Source: Flavobacteriales bacterium (GTDB lineage Bacteria; Bacteroidota; Bacteroidia; JANQJC01). Taken from it: a DNA stretch of 64,000 nucleotides. Location: assembly GCA_028281825.1 (NCBI GenBank), contig JANQJC010000009.1, positions 8,138 through 72,137 of the forward strand, read 5' to 3'. Below are positions 18,947 through 29,174 of the stretch, piece by piece (within the stretch, counting starts at the first letter, position 1; every line of letters starts with the position of its first letter). The notes beneath the pieces were generated by a model. That model was not told the origin of the DNA. It did no database searches and worked only from the letters and a program-made list of their open reading frames with translations. The position numbers and the translations under genes were made by a program.

Positions 18947-20003
18947 CAGTGTCTAATTGAAGGAGCTCAGGATATTTATTATTAATTTCTTCAAAAATAC
19001 ATTTTGCCATGATATGATAACCTTTCCCATTAAAATGTCCATCAATTGGCCATGCATATGAGTCGATATTATCTGGATTTAGATATTTACTCATTGGCTC
19101 GTGAAGTACTAAATGAGGCGTGTTGTTTGGTTCAAGGTAAGGAACAACTTTTCTTATATCATCTTGAGTATTGAAGTCATAGCGATGCTCATCTGGAAAC
19201 GCATGTAGTGCAGCTACAAAATCAATATTTCGTGCTTTGGATAGGCTGTCAAAACGAACGATGCATTGAGCAATCTTTTCGATAGCAACCTCTGTTTCCT
19301 TGTTTTTTTGACCTGGAGAAAGCAAAGCATCATCATAGCCAAATGAATGCATAATAGCCCTGCAAACATGGCTGTACTTATAAGGGATAAGCAATAAAGG
19401 TGCTTTTTTAAAAGCTGTTGTTCCATCGTTGAGAAACCGTTCAAAGCCACCACACAACATTACGTCATTAATATCAGAAGAATTAATAATGAGCAACACT
19501 ATATCTATATCAAATTCCTTTAATATGTCTTTAAAAAGTTGGTAGCAGAAAAATACATCACTACCAGCTATACCGGCGTTCCAAACTTCGTATTGGGTTT
19601 TGGGGTTAACATTTAATAAGTTTGATAGCTGTGCGGATATAACGCTATCATTAGTTGTTCCGAAACCTTCTGTAAAAGAATCCCCTATTGTTAAAATCCT
19701 AAGGGAATTAGCCTTTTTTTTCTTGTGAAATTCGGTACCCCTAAATCCCATAGAATTTGCAATAAATTCATACTTAAACTCTTTAAAGTCTCTTGTTACA
19801 ACTTGGCCTGGATTCCATCTATGATAATGTGTAGGATGAGTTTTTCCATAGTATGAATAGAAATACCCGTAAGCGTTCTCGGAATAGGTTAGATAAGTTC
19901 CTTTAAATCTCAAGTATATCTCGTAGGCTAAAACTGGTAAGAATGGAATAAGTATTAAAGCTAATGAGAAGAAATAATACCTAAACTTTTCTTTCAAGAC
20001 CAT
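18879..20003 (-). CDS. Membrane-anchored SGNH/GDSL protein
   Basis: N-terminal TM; NSMGFR, GDSFTEG, NAGIAG, DGHFN. Confidence 0.85.
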   Translation of the reverse strand: MVLKEKFRYYFFSLALILIPFLPVLAYEIYLRFKGTYLTYSENAYGYFYSYYGKTHPTHYHRWNPGQVVTRDFKEFKYEFIANSMGFRGTEFHKKKKANSLRILTIGDSFTEGFGTTNDSVISAQLSNLLNVNPKTQYEVWNAGIAGSDVFFCYQLFKDILKEFDIDIVLLIINSSDINDVMLCGGFERFLNDGTTAFKKAPLLLIPYKYSHVCRAIMHSFGYDDALLSPGQKNKETEVAIEKIAQCIVRFDSLSKARNIDFVAALHAFPDEHRYDFNTQDDIRKVVPYLEPNNTPHLVLHEPMSKYLNPDNIDSYAWPIDGHFNGKGYHIMAKCIFEEINNKYPELLQLDTVEETSQNTIDTIGHTTGLNGYH

Positions 20004-20020
20004 CAGCGATTATAAAGTTT

Positions 20021-21457
20021 TTAATCTTTAATGCTGTAAAAGTTCTTTGCTTTTTCTTTAAGCTCAGACATGTCTTGGGTTTCTATCGAAATCAGGAACT
20101 CTTCAATGGCCATATCATTGCTTAAATCTACTCTTGAGTATATATCTCCAGATTTGAACTCCCCAGGCATTTCACTATCTAGCAATGTTAATTTCTCAAG
20201 CAGCAATTTAGTTCTTGCTAAATCGAACTTTTCCAAAAAGTATTCCTCCTTGAGCTTATTCTTAATCAAACCTTTAAAGTCATGAAAGGAGTTTATGCTA
20301 ACTAAACTCTCATTGATGGTTATCCAATTTTCAATTTGATTGATAATATCTTTAAAATGCCTTTTGTTTTTATTATGGACGTTGCTTTCTTCAGGAAGAC
20401 TAGGTAAGATAGGTCTTAAATAATCTAGAATTTCCTTTAGCTCACTTGGTTTTAAGGTTCTAATTGCTAAATTCAATGGGTAAAACACCGTATGAAAATA
20501 AACCTGTATATCCCTTTCATTACAAAATGATATCATGTCAGGTATTTCCTTCCAGTTATTTCTCATGGCACAAGCAGAAATACCAATAAAGGTGTTCTTC
20601 TCACGACAGTAATTGATATACCACTTAACGTTTTCCATCACCCTTTCAAATTTGGCATTCACCCTTATACTTTCATAGGTTTCTTTTTGGAGAGAGTCTA
20701 ATGAAATATTGATGTGGAAATTAGTCTTATTAAGAATGCTTTTTACGCGATTGTTAAGTATAGTAGCGTTCGTCTGAACTTGAATCCTGACGTTTGGATT
20801 AATCTCCATAATTAACTCCCAAATCTTATAGTAAGTTTCTATAAGAAAAGGTTCTCCACCATAAAATTTTACATCTTCCAAGTAAGGAATAAACTCTTTT
20901 AATTGTTCGATGAATGTATTGTCATAAGGACTTACTAGCGGTTCTCTTTTTTCACGATTTGCCCTTATTAATGAAGAAAAATCACCATTGCACATAGTAC
21001 ACTCAAGGTTGCATAAATTCTCCAATTCAAATTCCATAACCGATGGATATCCGTTAGGGTTTTGTCTATGCAAGTCATATTGTTTGGATTTTACAGCATC
21101 AAAGTTTTCAGCGACCAAGTGAGCGAGGCAACCTTTGCAACCGTATGAAAAGTCATAGTTCGCTAAGGCATCTCGTAATTTTTTTGTGTTTTCGCCAAAC
21201 CAGATTTCCTTAATTGATTCTTCTGGATATGTTCCTAAAATGAATTGTCTATTGTAGCAGCATACCGCCAATCTTCCATGATGACCAAAATAAATACTCC
21301 TATATGGAGCATAACATGCACTGGAATTATTAAATTGTTTTCTCCGACTGTTATACTCTATTGTGAGTTCCTCGGTAATCCCATCACTTGCTTTCGATAG
21401 ATTTGGGATTTTTTTTTCAGAGAAAAAGTTGCTTAGAGTTCTTAAAAATTTGTTCAT
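20021..21457 (-). CDS. Radical SAM protein with N-terminal SPASM/twitch domain (paralogue 2)
   Basis: CNLECTMC and GGEPF; N-terminal CYAP...VCC...GCKGC. Confidence 0.88.
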   Translation of the reverse strand: MNKFLRTLSNFFSEKKIPNLSKASDGITEELTIEYNSRRKQFNNSSACYAPYRSIYFGHHGRLAVCCYNRQFILGTYPEESIKEIWFGENTKKLRDALANYDFSYGCKGCLAHLVAENFDAVKSKQYDLHRQNPNGYPSVMEFELENLCNLECTMCNGDFSSLIRANREKREPLVSPYDNTFIEQLKEFIPYLEDVKFYGGEPFLIETYYKIWELIMEINPNVRIQVQTNATILNNRVKSILNKTNFHINISLDSLQKETYESIRVNAKFERVMENVKWYINYCREKNTFIGISACAMRNNWKEIPDMISFCNERDIQVYFHTVFYPLNLAIRTLKPSELKEILDYLRPILPSLPEESNVHNKNKRHFKDIINQIENWITINESLVSINSFHDFKGLIKNKLKEEYFLEKFDLARTKLLLEKLTLLDSEMPGEFKSGDIYSRVDLSNDMAIEEFLISIETQDMSELKEKAKNFYSIKD

Positions 21458-21497
21458 TATTTAAAATGCAACATGATTTATCCCAATCATAATAGAA

Positions 21498-22895
21498 TTA
21501 TAGGTTTTCGAGATCTTTTTTCTCGAGAGAAATAATATAATCCTCAACTAAAAAATCGTTGCTAAGGTCAACCTTTGATATATGACCAGTATAACTATAA
21601 TTGTCTGGAAGTCGTTCATGAATAAAGCCCATTTTCTTAATAATGGAGTCAGCTCTCTCGGAAGAAAATTTCCGAAGAAAATAAGGTTCACTTAGCTTGT
21701 TTTCTATAAATGACTTAATAGCCTCAAATGAATTCAAATTAGCCTTGGTTTCCTTTATCCTCGCCCAATCATTAATTTGGTTTATGACATCGCCTAAATG
21801 TTTTTTGTTCTTTTTTTCTAAACTGCTTATCTCTGGAAGGTCTGAAATGATTTCATTGTAAGTTTTTCTGATGAGATTTAAGTTCTCAAGTTCTAAATCT
21901 CTTATTGATAGTTCAAGAGGGTAAAAGACAGTGTGGAAATAAACCTGAACACTTTTCTCATTGCAGAATTTGACCATTTCGGGTAATTCTTCCCAGTTAT
22001 TCCTCATTGCGCATGCTGAAATACCTATAAAAGTTTCTTTTTCATGACAATAATCTATGAACCATTTTATATTTTCTATAACCCTTTCAAATTTTCCATT
22101 AATTCGAATGCTTTCATATGTTTCTTTATTAAGGGAGTCCAGTGAAATATTGATATGGAAATTGGTTTTATTGAGAATGTTCTTAACTCGATTATTGAGG
22201 ATGGTAGCATTGGTTTGAACCGAAATTCTGACATTGGGATTAACTTCCATAATTAACTCCCAAATCTTGTAATAGATCTCGATTAAGAACGGTTCACCAC
22301 CGTAAAACTTTACTTCCTCAAGATGTGGGATAAACTCTTTTAATTGTTCAATAAATGCAGCGTCATAAGGAATGTCAAGTGGTTCTCTTTTTTCACGATT
22401 AGCCCTTATCAGTGAAGAAAAATCACCATTGCACATAATGCACTCCAAGTTGCATAAGTTCTCCAATTCAAATTCCATCACTGATGGATACTTGTTTCTA
22501 TTGAGCTTTTGTAAGTCATACTGCTGGGCTTTTGTAGCATCAAAATTGCTAGCGGCCAACTGCATTAAACATCCATCACAACCATTTGAGAAGTCATATT
22601 TTGTGAGAGCATCTCGTAATTTGTTAGCATTTTCTCCAAACCAAATATCTTTGATTGACTGTTCTGGATAAGTGCCTAAAGTATATTGCCGGGTATAGCA
22701 GCAAACGGATAACCTTCCATGATGTCCAAAGTAGATGCTCTTAAAAGGTGCATAGCAAGCCACTTTTTGCGGACCTTTTGGACGACTATTATTATACTCT
22801 TTAACTAACTCTGGGGTGATTCCGCCGCTGGCTTGAGACAGGTCGGGAACTATCTCTTTCCTAAATAGATTGCTTACCTTGTCCAAAAACTCCAT
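21498..22895 (-). CDS. Radical SAM protein with N-terminal SPASM/twitch domain (paralogue 1)
   Basis: CNLECIMC and GGEPF; N-terminal CYAP...VCC...GCDGC; collinear with its neighbour. Confidence 0.88.
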   Translation of the reverse strand: MEFLDKVSNLFRKEIVPDLSQASGGITPELVKEYNNSRPKGPQKVACYAPFKSIYFGHHGRLSVCCYTRQYTLGTYPEQSIKDIWFGENANKLRDALTKYDFSNGCDGCLMQLAASNFDATKAQQYDLQKLNRNKYPSVMEFELENLCNLECIMCNGDFSSLIRANREKREPLDIPYDAAFIEQLKEFIPHLEEVKFYGGEPFLIEIYYKIWELIMEVNPNVRISVQTNATILNNRVKNILNKTNFHINISLDSLNKETYESIRINGKFERVIENIKWFIDYCHEKETFIGISACAMRNNWEELPEMVKFCNEKSVQVYFHTVFYPLELSIRDLELENLNLIRKTYNEIISDLPEISSLEKKNKKHLGDVINQINDWARIKETKANLNSFEAIKSFIENKLSEPYFLRKFSSERADSIIKKMGFIHERLPDNYSYTGHISKVDLSNDFLVEDYIISLEKKDLENL

Positions 22896-22951
22896 CTCGC
22901 AACTTTACTAAGTTTTCTATAAAGATAGCATTTGTAAGTGAAACATAGATT

Positions 22952-24733
22952 TTAAACCCACCTTTGCCACCAATTTTCCATCACGGCTATTTTCCATAAA
23001 CGCCAGTGGGCCTTTTCATTAATAAGCTTGTTTATATACTCCTTGTTTAAAACTTGTTCTGACAGAAGTTTACCTGGTAGAATAATGTTCTTATACCACT
23101 CGATATCCATATAATAACTGTCAGGTCCTACAAATCCTTGCTTTTTTCTTTCTAATATCTTCTTGGGAAGCTTGTTTTTTATGTTCTCATGAAGAAGGAA
23201 CTTGGTCACATTAGGTTTGAAATAGACGCTTTCTTTAAAAGTAAAGACTTTTTCAAACAATTCATGATCAAGAAAGGGTACTCTGACTTCAAGTGAATGA
23301 GCCATACTAGCCCTGTCTATCTTGGTAAGAACCAACTCTCCCATAAAGCATTTGATGTCCATTTTTTGAATGGACTTTAATGGGCTAAGACTTCCATTGT
23401 AATGTTGTCTATAAAACCAGTCAGTATCAGAGTTAATTTCTGACCTTAAATCAGGATTTAAGGCACCAGATAACTCGTTTAGGTTAAACCTGCCCATAGC
23501 CATATACTCGGCATATTCATCAACCGCCGAATTTCGCCGGTTACAGAATAGATTTTTTAACTTGCCTGGCAAACTTGAAGGGTTCCATTGAGCATAGTAT
23601 GTTTTTTGCCACTCATAGCCTCCAAATAATTCATCCGCACCTTCACCACTCATCACTGCTTTCACCTCGCTTGCTGCTAATCCGCTTACAATGTAAGTTG
23701 GGATAATAGAGATATCCGCAATTGGTTCGTCATAAATGGTGCTTAACTTACCAAGTACATCCAAGCTTTCACTACCAACAATTTTCGAAAAATGCTCAGT
23801 TTTTAATTGCTCTGAAACTATTTCTGCAAACTGATGTTCACTATTATCCCAATTTTCAAAACCTATTGAAAAGGTTTTTAGGTTTTGCTTCTGTTGCGAC
23901 AAGTAATAAACAATTGCACTGCTATCATAGCCCCCACTCAAAAATGAACCAATTTCGACATCACTTCTGGAATGTATATTGATCGAATCAGCCAGCATCC
24001 CACCAATTTCCTCTGCTAGTTGATTTGAGTTAGTACTTAAATCAGTACTATTAAGTGTCCAATATTCAGATATATTGGTGCTTTTAGATTGCAAATCAAC
24101 TTTAAGGTAATGAGCGGGGGGAAGTTTATAGGTGTCTTTCCAAATGGTTTTGGGTGATGGGATATACCTGTAAACGAAATAGTCTGCAAATGAGCTAAAG
24201 TCAATTTCTTTGGCTGGAATCCCTGATTTGAGAATAGCTTTTAATTCACTTGCAAAAATGAAATGACTCCCTTTCTTAAAGTAGTAAAGAGGCTTAATGC
24301 CAAATCGGTCTCTGACTAAATATAACTTGTGATTAGCTTCATCCAGCATAGCAAAGGCGAACATCCCTTTTATCTTTTGTAACAAGTCATCAACCCCCCA
24401 TTGTTCAAATCCATGCAGTAGAACTTCCGTATCTGAAGTGGATTTGAAAGTGTGCCCTAATGCAACCAACTCAGTTCTTAACTCCGAATAGTTGTATATT
24501 TCCCCATTCAAGATTACCCATAATGTTCCATTCTCATTGCACATGGGTTGTCTACCAGATTCTGATAAGTCGAGAAATGAAAGCCTTCTATGACCCAGTA
24601 TTACATTGGTTTTTTCTGAATAATAATTGGCAGCATCATCAGGTCCGCGGTGGGCAATAGTATCACGCATCTTAGTAAAAAGATGTTCATCGATATTATC
24701 TTGATAACTAACCCAACCTGCTATGCCACACAT
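22952..24733 (-). CDS. asnB: Asparagine synthase (glutamine-hydrolysing) family amidotransferase
   Basis: MCGIAG Ntn start at 24733; HRGPD, NGEIYN, RDRFGIKPL, LSGGYDSS, SGEGADELFGGY, DRASMAHSLEVRVPFLD. Confidence 0.93.
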   Translation of the reverse strand: MCGIAGWVSYQDNIDEHLFTKMRDTIAHRGPDDAANYYSEKTNVILGHRRLSFLDLSESGRQPMCNENGTLWVILNGEIYNYSELRTELVALGHTFKSTSDTEVLLHGFEQWGVDDLLQKIKGMFAFAMLDEANHKLYLVRDRFGIKPLYYFKKGSHFIFASELKAILKSGIPAKEIDFSSFADYFVYRYIPSPKTIWKDTYKLPPAHYLKVDLQSKSTNISEYWTLNSTDLSTNSNQLAEEIGGMLADSINIHSRSDVEIGSFLSGGYDSSAIVYYLSQQKQNLKTFSIGFENWDNSEHQFAEIVSEQLKTEHFSKIVGSESLDVLGKLSTIYDEPIADISIIPTYIVSGLAASEVKAVMSGEGADELFGGYEWQKTYYAQWNPSSLPGKLKNLFCNRRNSAVDEYAEYMAMGRFNLNELSGALNPDLRSEINSDTDWFYRQHYNGSLSPLKSIQKMDIKCFMGELVLTKIDRASMAHSLEVRVPFLDHELFEKVFTFKESVYFKPNVTKFLLHENIKNKLPKKILERKKQGFVGPDSYYMDIEWYKNIILPGKLLSEQVLNKEYINKLINEKAHWRLWKIAVMENWWQRWV

Positions 24734-24798
24734 ATGATGCAATCTGGATGTTGAGAAAATGGGTGGAAGTTCAAAGTAGAGGTGCTTTTGGTATGGAA

Positions 24799-24890
24799 CA
24801 AATATAAGCACACAATACATATTGACAATTAATGATATTAGATGCCCGTGTTATGGTATTGTTTCATTGTTCATGAAATTGGTACTTTTG
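24799..24890. promoter_or_regulatory. Divergent Bacteroidota -7 promoter elements (asnB arm and wzm arm)
   Basis: TATATTTG on the minus strand at 24799-24806; TACTTTTG on the plus strand at 24883-24890. Both match TAnnTTTG. Confidence 0.55.
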
Positions 24891-24921
24891 CTTTATTCCA
24901 CTTAGTGAGCAGACATTTTTA

Positions 24922-25734
24922 ATGAAGAGGATAATTACCAGTGAACCAGATAGCTTAATCCAATACTTGAAGAAGATTTGGGAGTATCGTTCTTTGGTAA
25001 TGGTATTTGCCAGGCGTGATTTAAAAGTTAAATACGCACAAACCTTGCTTGGATTGGGTTGGACCATCATTCAACCACTCACAGGCCTTTTCATTTTCAC
25101 TTTTTTCTTTGGGTATATTTTAAACTTGAATGCCCAGAGTTTGCCTTTTCCACTTTATGTGCTTTCAGGGTTATTGGGTTGGAACTACTTCAGTTATATT
25201 GTTTTTCAGGGTATAGGCGGCGTTCAGGAATCAGGGCATTTCATAAGAAAGGTATACTTCCCTAAGTCTTTATTGCCTTTGTCAAAAGTATTGGTAGGCT
25301 TGGTTGAGTTATCAGTCAGTTTTCTATTACTTATCCCTTTATTGATGTGGTACGGTGAAGGTCTTTCATGGAGGATAATTTTTATACCTGTATTGCTATT
25401 ATTTAACACATTGATTGCCTTATTTGTAGTATTTTTGGTTACTTCTTTTTCCTATCGATTAAGGGACTTATACCACTTGGTGCCGTTTGTCATGTACTTC
25501 GGTATATGGATAACTCCAGTTTTTTTTACTATAGATGTGCTACCAGAGCAACTTCACTTTCTTTGGTTTTTAAATCCCATGGCTTCAGTTGTTGAAGGGT
25601 GGCGATGGTGCCTCTTTAGTGATTGGGCTTTTAACATTAGATTTTTACCAGCATTACTATGTATTATACCAGCCTTCTTGTTCAGTGTGGTATTGTACAG
25701 TAAAGCTGAAAGTAAATTCAGTGATTTTGCATGA
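24922..25734 (+). CDS. wzm: Polysaccharide ABC transporter permease (Wzm/RfbA)
   Basis: RRDLKVKYAQTLLGLGW..IQPL, KVYFP, TPVFF, LNPM. Confidence 0.92.
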   Translation: MKRIITSEPDSLIQYLKKIWEYRSLVMVFARRDLKVKYAQTLLGLGWTIIQPLTGLFIFTFFFGYILNLNAQSLPFPLYVLSGLLGWNYFSYIVFQGIGGVQESGHFIRKVYFPKSLLPLSKVLVGLVELSVSFLLLIPLLMWYGEGLSWRIIFIPVLLLFNTLIALFVVFLVTSFSYRLRDLYHLVPFVMYFGIWITPVFFTIDVLPEQLHFLWFLNPMASVVEGWRWCLFSDWAFNIRFLPALLCIIPAFLFSVVLYSKAESKFSDFA

Positions 25735-26897
25735 GTAGTGGACCTGCCATAAAAGTTGAGAATATCTCAAAAAAGTTTACTCTTCAGCGTTCAATTGAAG
25801 ATGTTGAGGGCAATTATACCAACACGCTGTGGGCATTGAGAGATGTCTCTTTCGAAATAAAAAAAGGCGAAAGTGTAGCTCTCATAGGCCCTAATGGTAG
25901 TGGAAAAAGTACATTACTGCAGATATTGGCAGGAGTGACCAAGCCTACATCAGGAAGAGTGGAGATAGACGGAAAAGTAGCCAGCATTCTGGATATAGGG
26001 GCTGGCTTTCACCCCGAGTTAAGCGGCAGAGAGAATGTTTTCCTGAATGGACAGATATTAGGATTTACCAAAAAAGAGATACAGGCTAAGTACGATGAAA
26101 TAGTTGAATTTAGTGGGGTTAGGAACTTTATAGATGAGCCGGGGAAGAATTACAGCAAAGGGATGTATTTGCGTCTTGCCTTTAGTATTATGGCTCACCT
26201 TGATTTTGACGTTTACCTTCTGGATGAAGTACTTGGTGTGGGGGATGTAGGCTTTCGCTCAAAGTGTTTTGATAAGATTGAGCGGTTGATAGCAGAAGGA
26301 GGAAAGTCATTCTTGATAATTTCTCACGACTTAAATGAAATATCTGAGATATGTGATAAGGCATTTTTGTTGGAGGAGGGAAAAGTGTCAGACAGTATGA
26401 CTATAAACGAAGCATTATATACTTATACCAACACGGGGGAAAAACTGGTACAGGAATTGCCTGACTTTATTGATGATGTGACTGTTGAGTTCACAGGTGA
26501 AGATGGCAGGGTAAAGACGAACTTTATTAATACTGAGCCTGTGACTATATGCGTGAACAACTCATTTAATGAGAGCGGTAACAATGTTCGTGTTGGTATC
26601 AGGCTCACGGATAAACTAAATAATGTGGTGTTTAATGCTAGCCCAGTTTTGTCAAGAGAAGGAATTAAGGAAGTTGACTTTCAGGGAAAGAAACAAATAC
26701 TAGTCACTATACCTCCTAATTTGCTTAATGCAGGTTTCTTTTCCATAGATGTGGTTTACTTTGATGAAAACAAGGTACTATATGAGTTGAAAAAGGTAAG
26801 CACCTTTACGGTGAGTTTGGATATGACCTTTAAGGGACGGGGCATAGTAGGCGAAAGCGGCCCGCTAAAGCCTTATTTGGATTGGGAAGTAAAATAG
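25731..26897 (+). CDS. wzt: Polysaccharide ABC transporter ATPase with C-terminal extension (Wzt/RfbB)
   Basis: GPNGSGKST, GAGFHPELSGRENV, YSKGM..RLAF, DEVLGVGD; C-terminal beta-rich Wzt_C-like domain. Confidence 0.92.
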   Translation: MSSGPAIKVENISKKFTLQRSIEDVEGNYTNTLWALRDVSFEIKKGESVALIGPNGSGKSTLLQILAGVTKPTSGRVEIDGKVASILDIGAGFHPELSGRENVFLNGQILGFTKKEIQAKYDEIVEFSGVRNFIDEPGKNYSKGMYLRLAFSIMAHLDFDVYLLDEVLGVGDVGFRSKCFDKIERLIAEGGKSFLIISHDLNEISEICDKAFLLEEGKVSDSMTINEALYTYTNTGEKLVQELPDFIDDVTVEFTGEDGRVKTNFINTEPVTICVNNSFNESGNNVRVGIRLTDKLNNVVFNASPVLSREGIKEVDFQGKKQILVTIPPNLLNAGFFSIDVVYFDENKVLYELKKVSTFTVSLDMTFKGRGIVGESGPLKPYLDWEVK

Positions 26898-26904
26898 TCA
26901 TGAA

Positions 26905-27273
26905 ATGAAAGGAGCATCTTGGATAAAAATATTTTTTGTCGGCCTTTTCTTGTGGAATGTATTCTTGATTACCACCAATACTCATATTTTTCCAGCGATT
27001 AGATTTCCCCAGTTTCCCAATAAGTACATGGGTAAACACATAACCTATTCTCAGGTCAAATTGTATAGCCACCAAAGTCAGCAGGAAGTAGACCTTATGT
27101 CGGTATTACACCCTTATGATAAACAATATTACCTATTTATTCTGAGGGCATTAGCTAACCAGAAAACAGCCGATGATATGCTTGCTTTGGTTAATAAGAC
27201 TTACCAGCGAAGGTATCAAACCAGTGATAGTCTATATTTTACTTCAGAAGTTAAAACAGTGGATATCCCATGA
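26905..27273 (+). CDS. Small membrane-anchored hypothetical protein (probable partner of the HTTM protein)
   Basis: N-terminal TM followed by FPAIRFPQF; overlaps the next start (ATGA). Confidence 0.6.
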   Translation: MKGASWIKIFFVGLFLWNVFLITTNTHIFPAIRFPQFPNKYMGKHITYSQVKLYSHQSQQEVDLMSVLHPYDKQYYLFILRALANQKTADDMLALVNKTYQRRYQTSDSLYFTSEVKTVDIP

Positions 27274-28241
27274 GGTTCTTTATATACATATACTACCTCT
27301 TTTACCTGCTGTCAGGTGGTTTCAGGCATTATTACTTTGACTACATGTTCTTCAGCACACTGAAGGGAGAGCCAACTTTTGCTACTCCACTAATTATCCC
27401 TGTTGGAGAAATTACATTGATGGCTTTGGCCATTGGAGTGTTGCTTTTTCCATTGAAGAAATTTTTGCACCTGTTATTCTTCTTAGGACTATTCGTTTTT
27501 GATATGTATTTCCAAAACCAGGTGAACTTCATGAGTTGTTTTACGCTTCCTCATGTTTTTCCTTTGTTCTTTTTCCTTTTTCTGCATTATCAAAAGAATG
27601 AGAAAGCGACCGATTTAGTCACTTTTGCCGCCATGCTCGCAGTGGCTGTTGGTTATTTGGCGAGTTTTACCAGTAAAATAAATTCAGCTTGGTATAACTG
27701 GTCTGACCCAATTATCTACAGCTACATCCTAGAGTTTTATAATGGCTTTCAAGTCCCATCTTTGACATCGGCCTGGCTGGTAAACATCAAAAGCCTGTTC
27801 TTTTGGAAACTTTTAGATTACTCAGTTCTTATGATACAAGCCTCATTTATCCTCGTTTTCCTCAAGAAGAAGAGTTTTTATCCCATTACAGTTTTTGCAG
27901 TTATATTTCATATCGGGATTTTACTCACTTTGGGAATAGGTGTAGTGTTTTTCTTATATACCCTCTTTTATGCATTCACTATATTCATGTCAGTGAACAA
28001 ACCCGATGCTCTCTCCAGCATAGATAAGCCGTTCAGGTTGGGTATATATGCTTTATTGGCAGTTTTTTTTATTTTGTTTGTCACATCAAATGGGGATGTG
28101 AGGGCGTTCAATCGCTTATTGCCAGTTTCTACTTATATTTATATAGAGTATTTTTACGGGTTGATTTGTGTGGTTATTTATGCTTTTTCATTTGCCTTTT
28201 GGCAGAAAAATCAGCATCAAACTCAATTGGTAAGTATTTAA
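27270..28241 (+). CDS. Polytopic membrane protein, HTTM (vitamin K gamma-carboxylase/SdpB-like) domain
   Basis: About 9 TM segments; Y..SFTSKI...W..W and FHIGI..TLGI resemble HTTM motifs. Confidence 0.55.
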   Translation: MRFFIYIYYLFYLLSGGFRHYYFDYMFFSTLKGEPTFATPLIIPVGEITLMALAIGVLLFPLKKFLHLLFFLGLFVFDMYFQNQVNFMSCFTLPHVFPLFFFLFLHYQKNEKATDLVTFAAMLAVAVGYLASFTSKINSAWYNWSDPIIYSYILEFYNGFQVPSLTSAWLVNIKSLFFWKLLDYSVLMIQASFILVFLKKKSFYPITVFAVIFHIGILLTLGIGVVFFLYTLFYAFTIFMSVNKPDALSSIDKPFRLGIYALLAVFFILFVTSNGDVRAFNRLLPVSTYIYIEYFYGLICVVIYAFSFAFWQKNQHQTQLVSI

Positions 28242-29174
28242 ATGGAGGCTCAGCAAACATATATGGAAGATACCGACTTGTACGTATTGCAACCGGACAG
28301 TATGGATATTTTCCAAAAAGGAGATCCTGATTGGTCAAGGCAATTGAAATACCTGGGCTATACTAAGATAGGTAAGTTGCCACAAGAGGTCTTAGAGGAG
28401 TTGAAAGAGAAATCAGAAACACTTGTTAAAGAGACTAAGAAAAGATACCCTAAAGGGGAGCTGTTTAATCTTATCAATTGTGATTATGACGTAAAAATGG
28501 CTTCTAATGAGATGGTGGATAATTACTTTAACCCGTTTCTCAAAGATATTATAGACACCAATAAGGCGGATGTTTATGCTGTTTCACATTTGGTGAAACC
28601 ATTTGGCCTTAAGAGCGACATTTGGCATCAGGATTCAGCGATTGTGGATGAGCGGGTTGCCTTTTCTTTAAATGCCTGGACACCGTTGGTTAACTCCACC
28701 AAACTAAATGGATGTTTATGGGTTTTTCCTGGAAGTCATATCAATACCAATCTTAATCGCCAGTTTGGGTATAATCCAGTTGAGAAGGATTTGTTGAAAT
28801 CACTTCAGAAGTATATGATACCCGTATATGTAGAAGCGGGTGAGGTATTGCTTTTTCATAGAAGTATTATTCATGGTTCATCAAGAAACTGGTTGCCATA
28901 TTCTCGTTTAGCGGTTGAAAGCGTGGTAGTTTCTAAAGATGTACAGTTTTATAATTTCCATAGGGAAGAAGCATGGTCTAAAGATAAAGTCTATGGTTTT
29001 CAAGTGGATATGGAACACTTTATGAAGCCAGATCCCAAAGAAGATTTCTACAAGGGGACTTATCCAAAGATAGAGTTTGATGACCCTGGTTTTGAAGGAA
29101 TAGCTGAGAACTTACTGAGCCATGTAGCCGAGTATCAAGCCTACGCCAAAAAGTACTACGATGGGGATGCTTGA
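28242..29174 (+). CDS. Phytanoyl-CoA dioxygenase (PhyH) family Fe(II)/2OG oxygenase
   Basis: WHQD, W.PL....NGCL.VFPGSH, GEVLLFH..IIHGS..N....R. Confidence 0.88.
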   Translation: MEAQQTYMEDTDLYVLQPDSMDIFQKGDPDWSRQLKYLGYTKIGKLPQEVLEELKEKSETLVKETKKRYPKGELFNLINCDYDVKMASNEMVDNYFNPFLKDIIDTNKADVYAVSHLVKPFGLKSDIWHQDSAIVDERVAFSLNAWTPLVNSTKLNGCLWVFPGSHINTNLNRQFGYNPVEKDLLKSLQKYMIPVYVEAGEVLLFHRSIIHGSSRNWLPYSRLAVESVVVSKDVQFYNFHREEAWSKDKVYGFQVDMEHFMKPDPKEDFYKGTYPKIEFDDPGFEGIAENLLSHVAEYQAYAKKYYDGDA

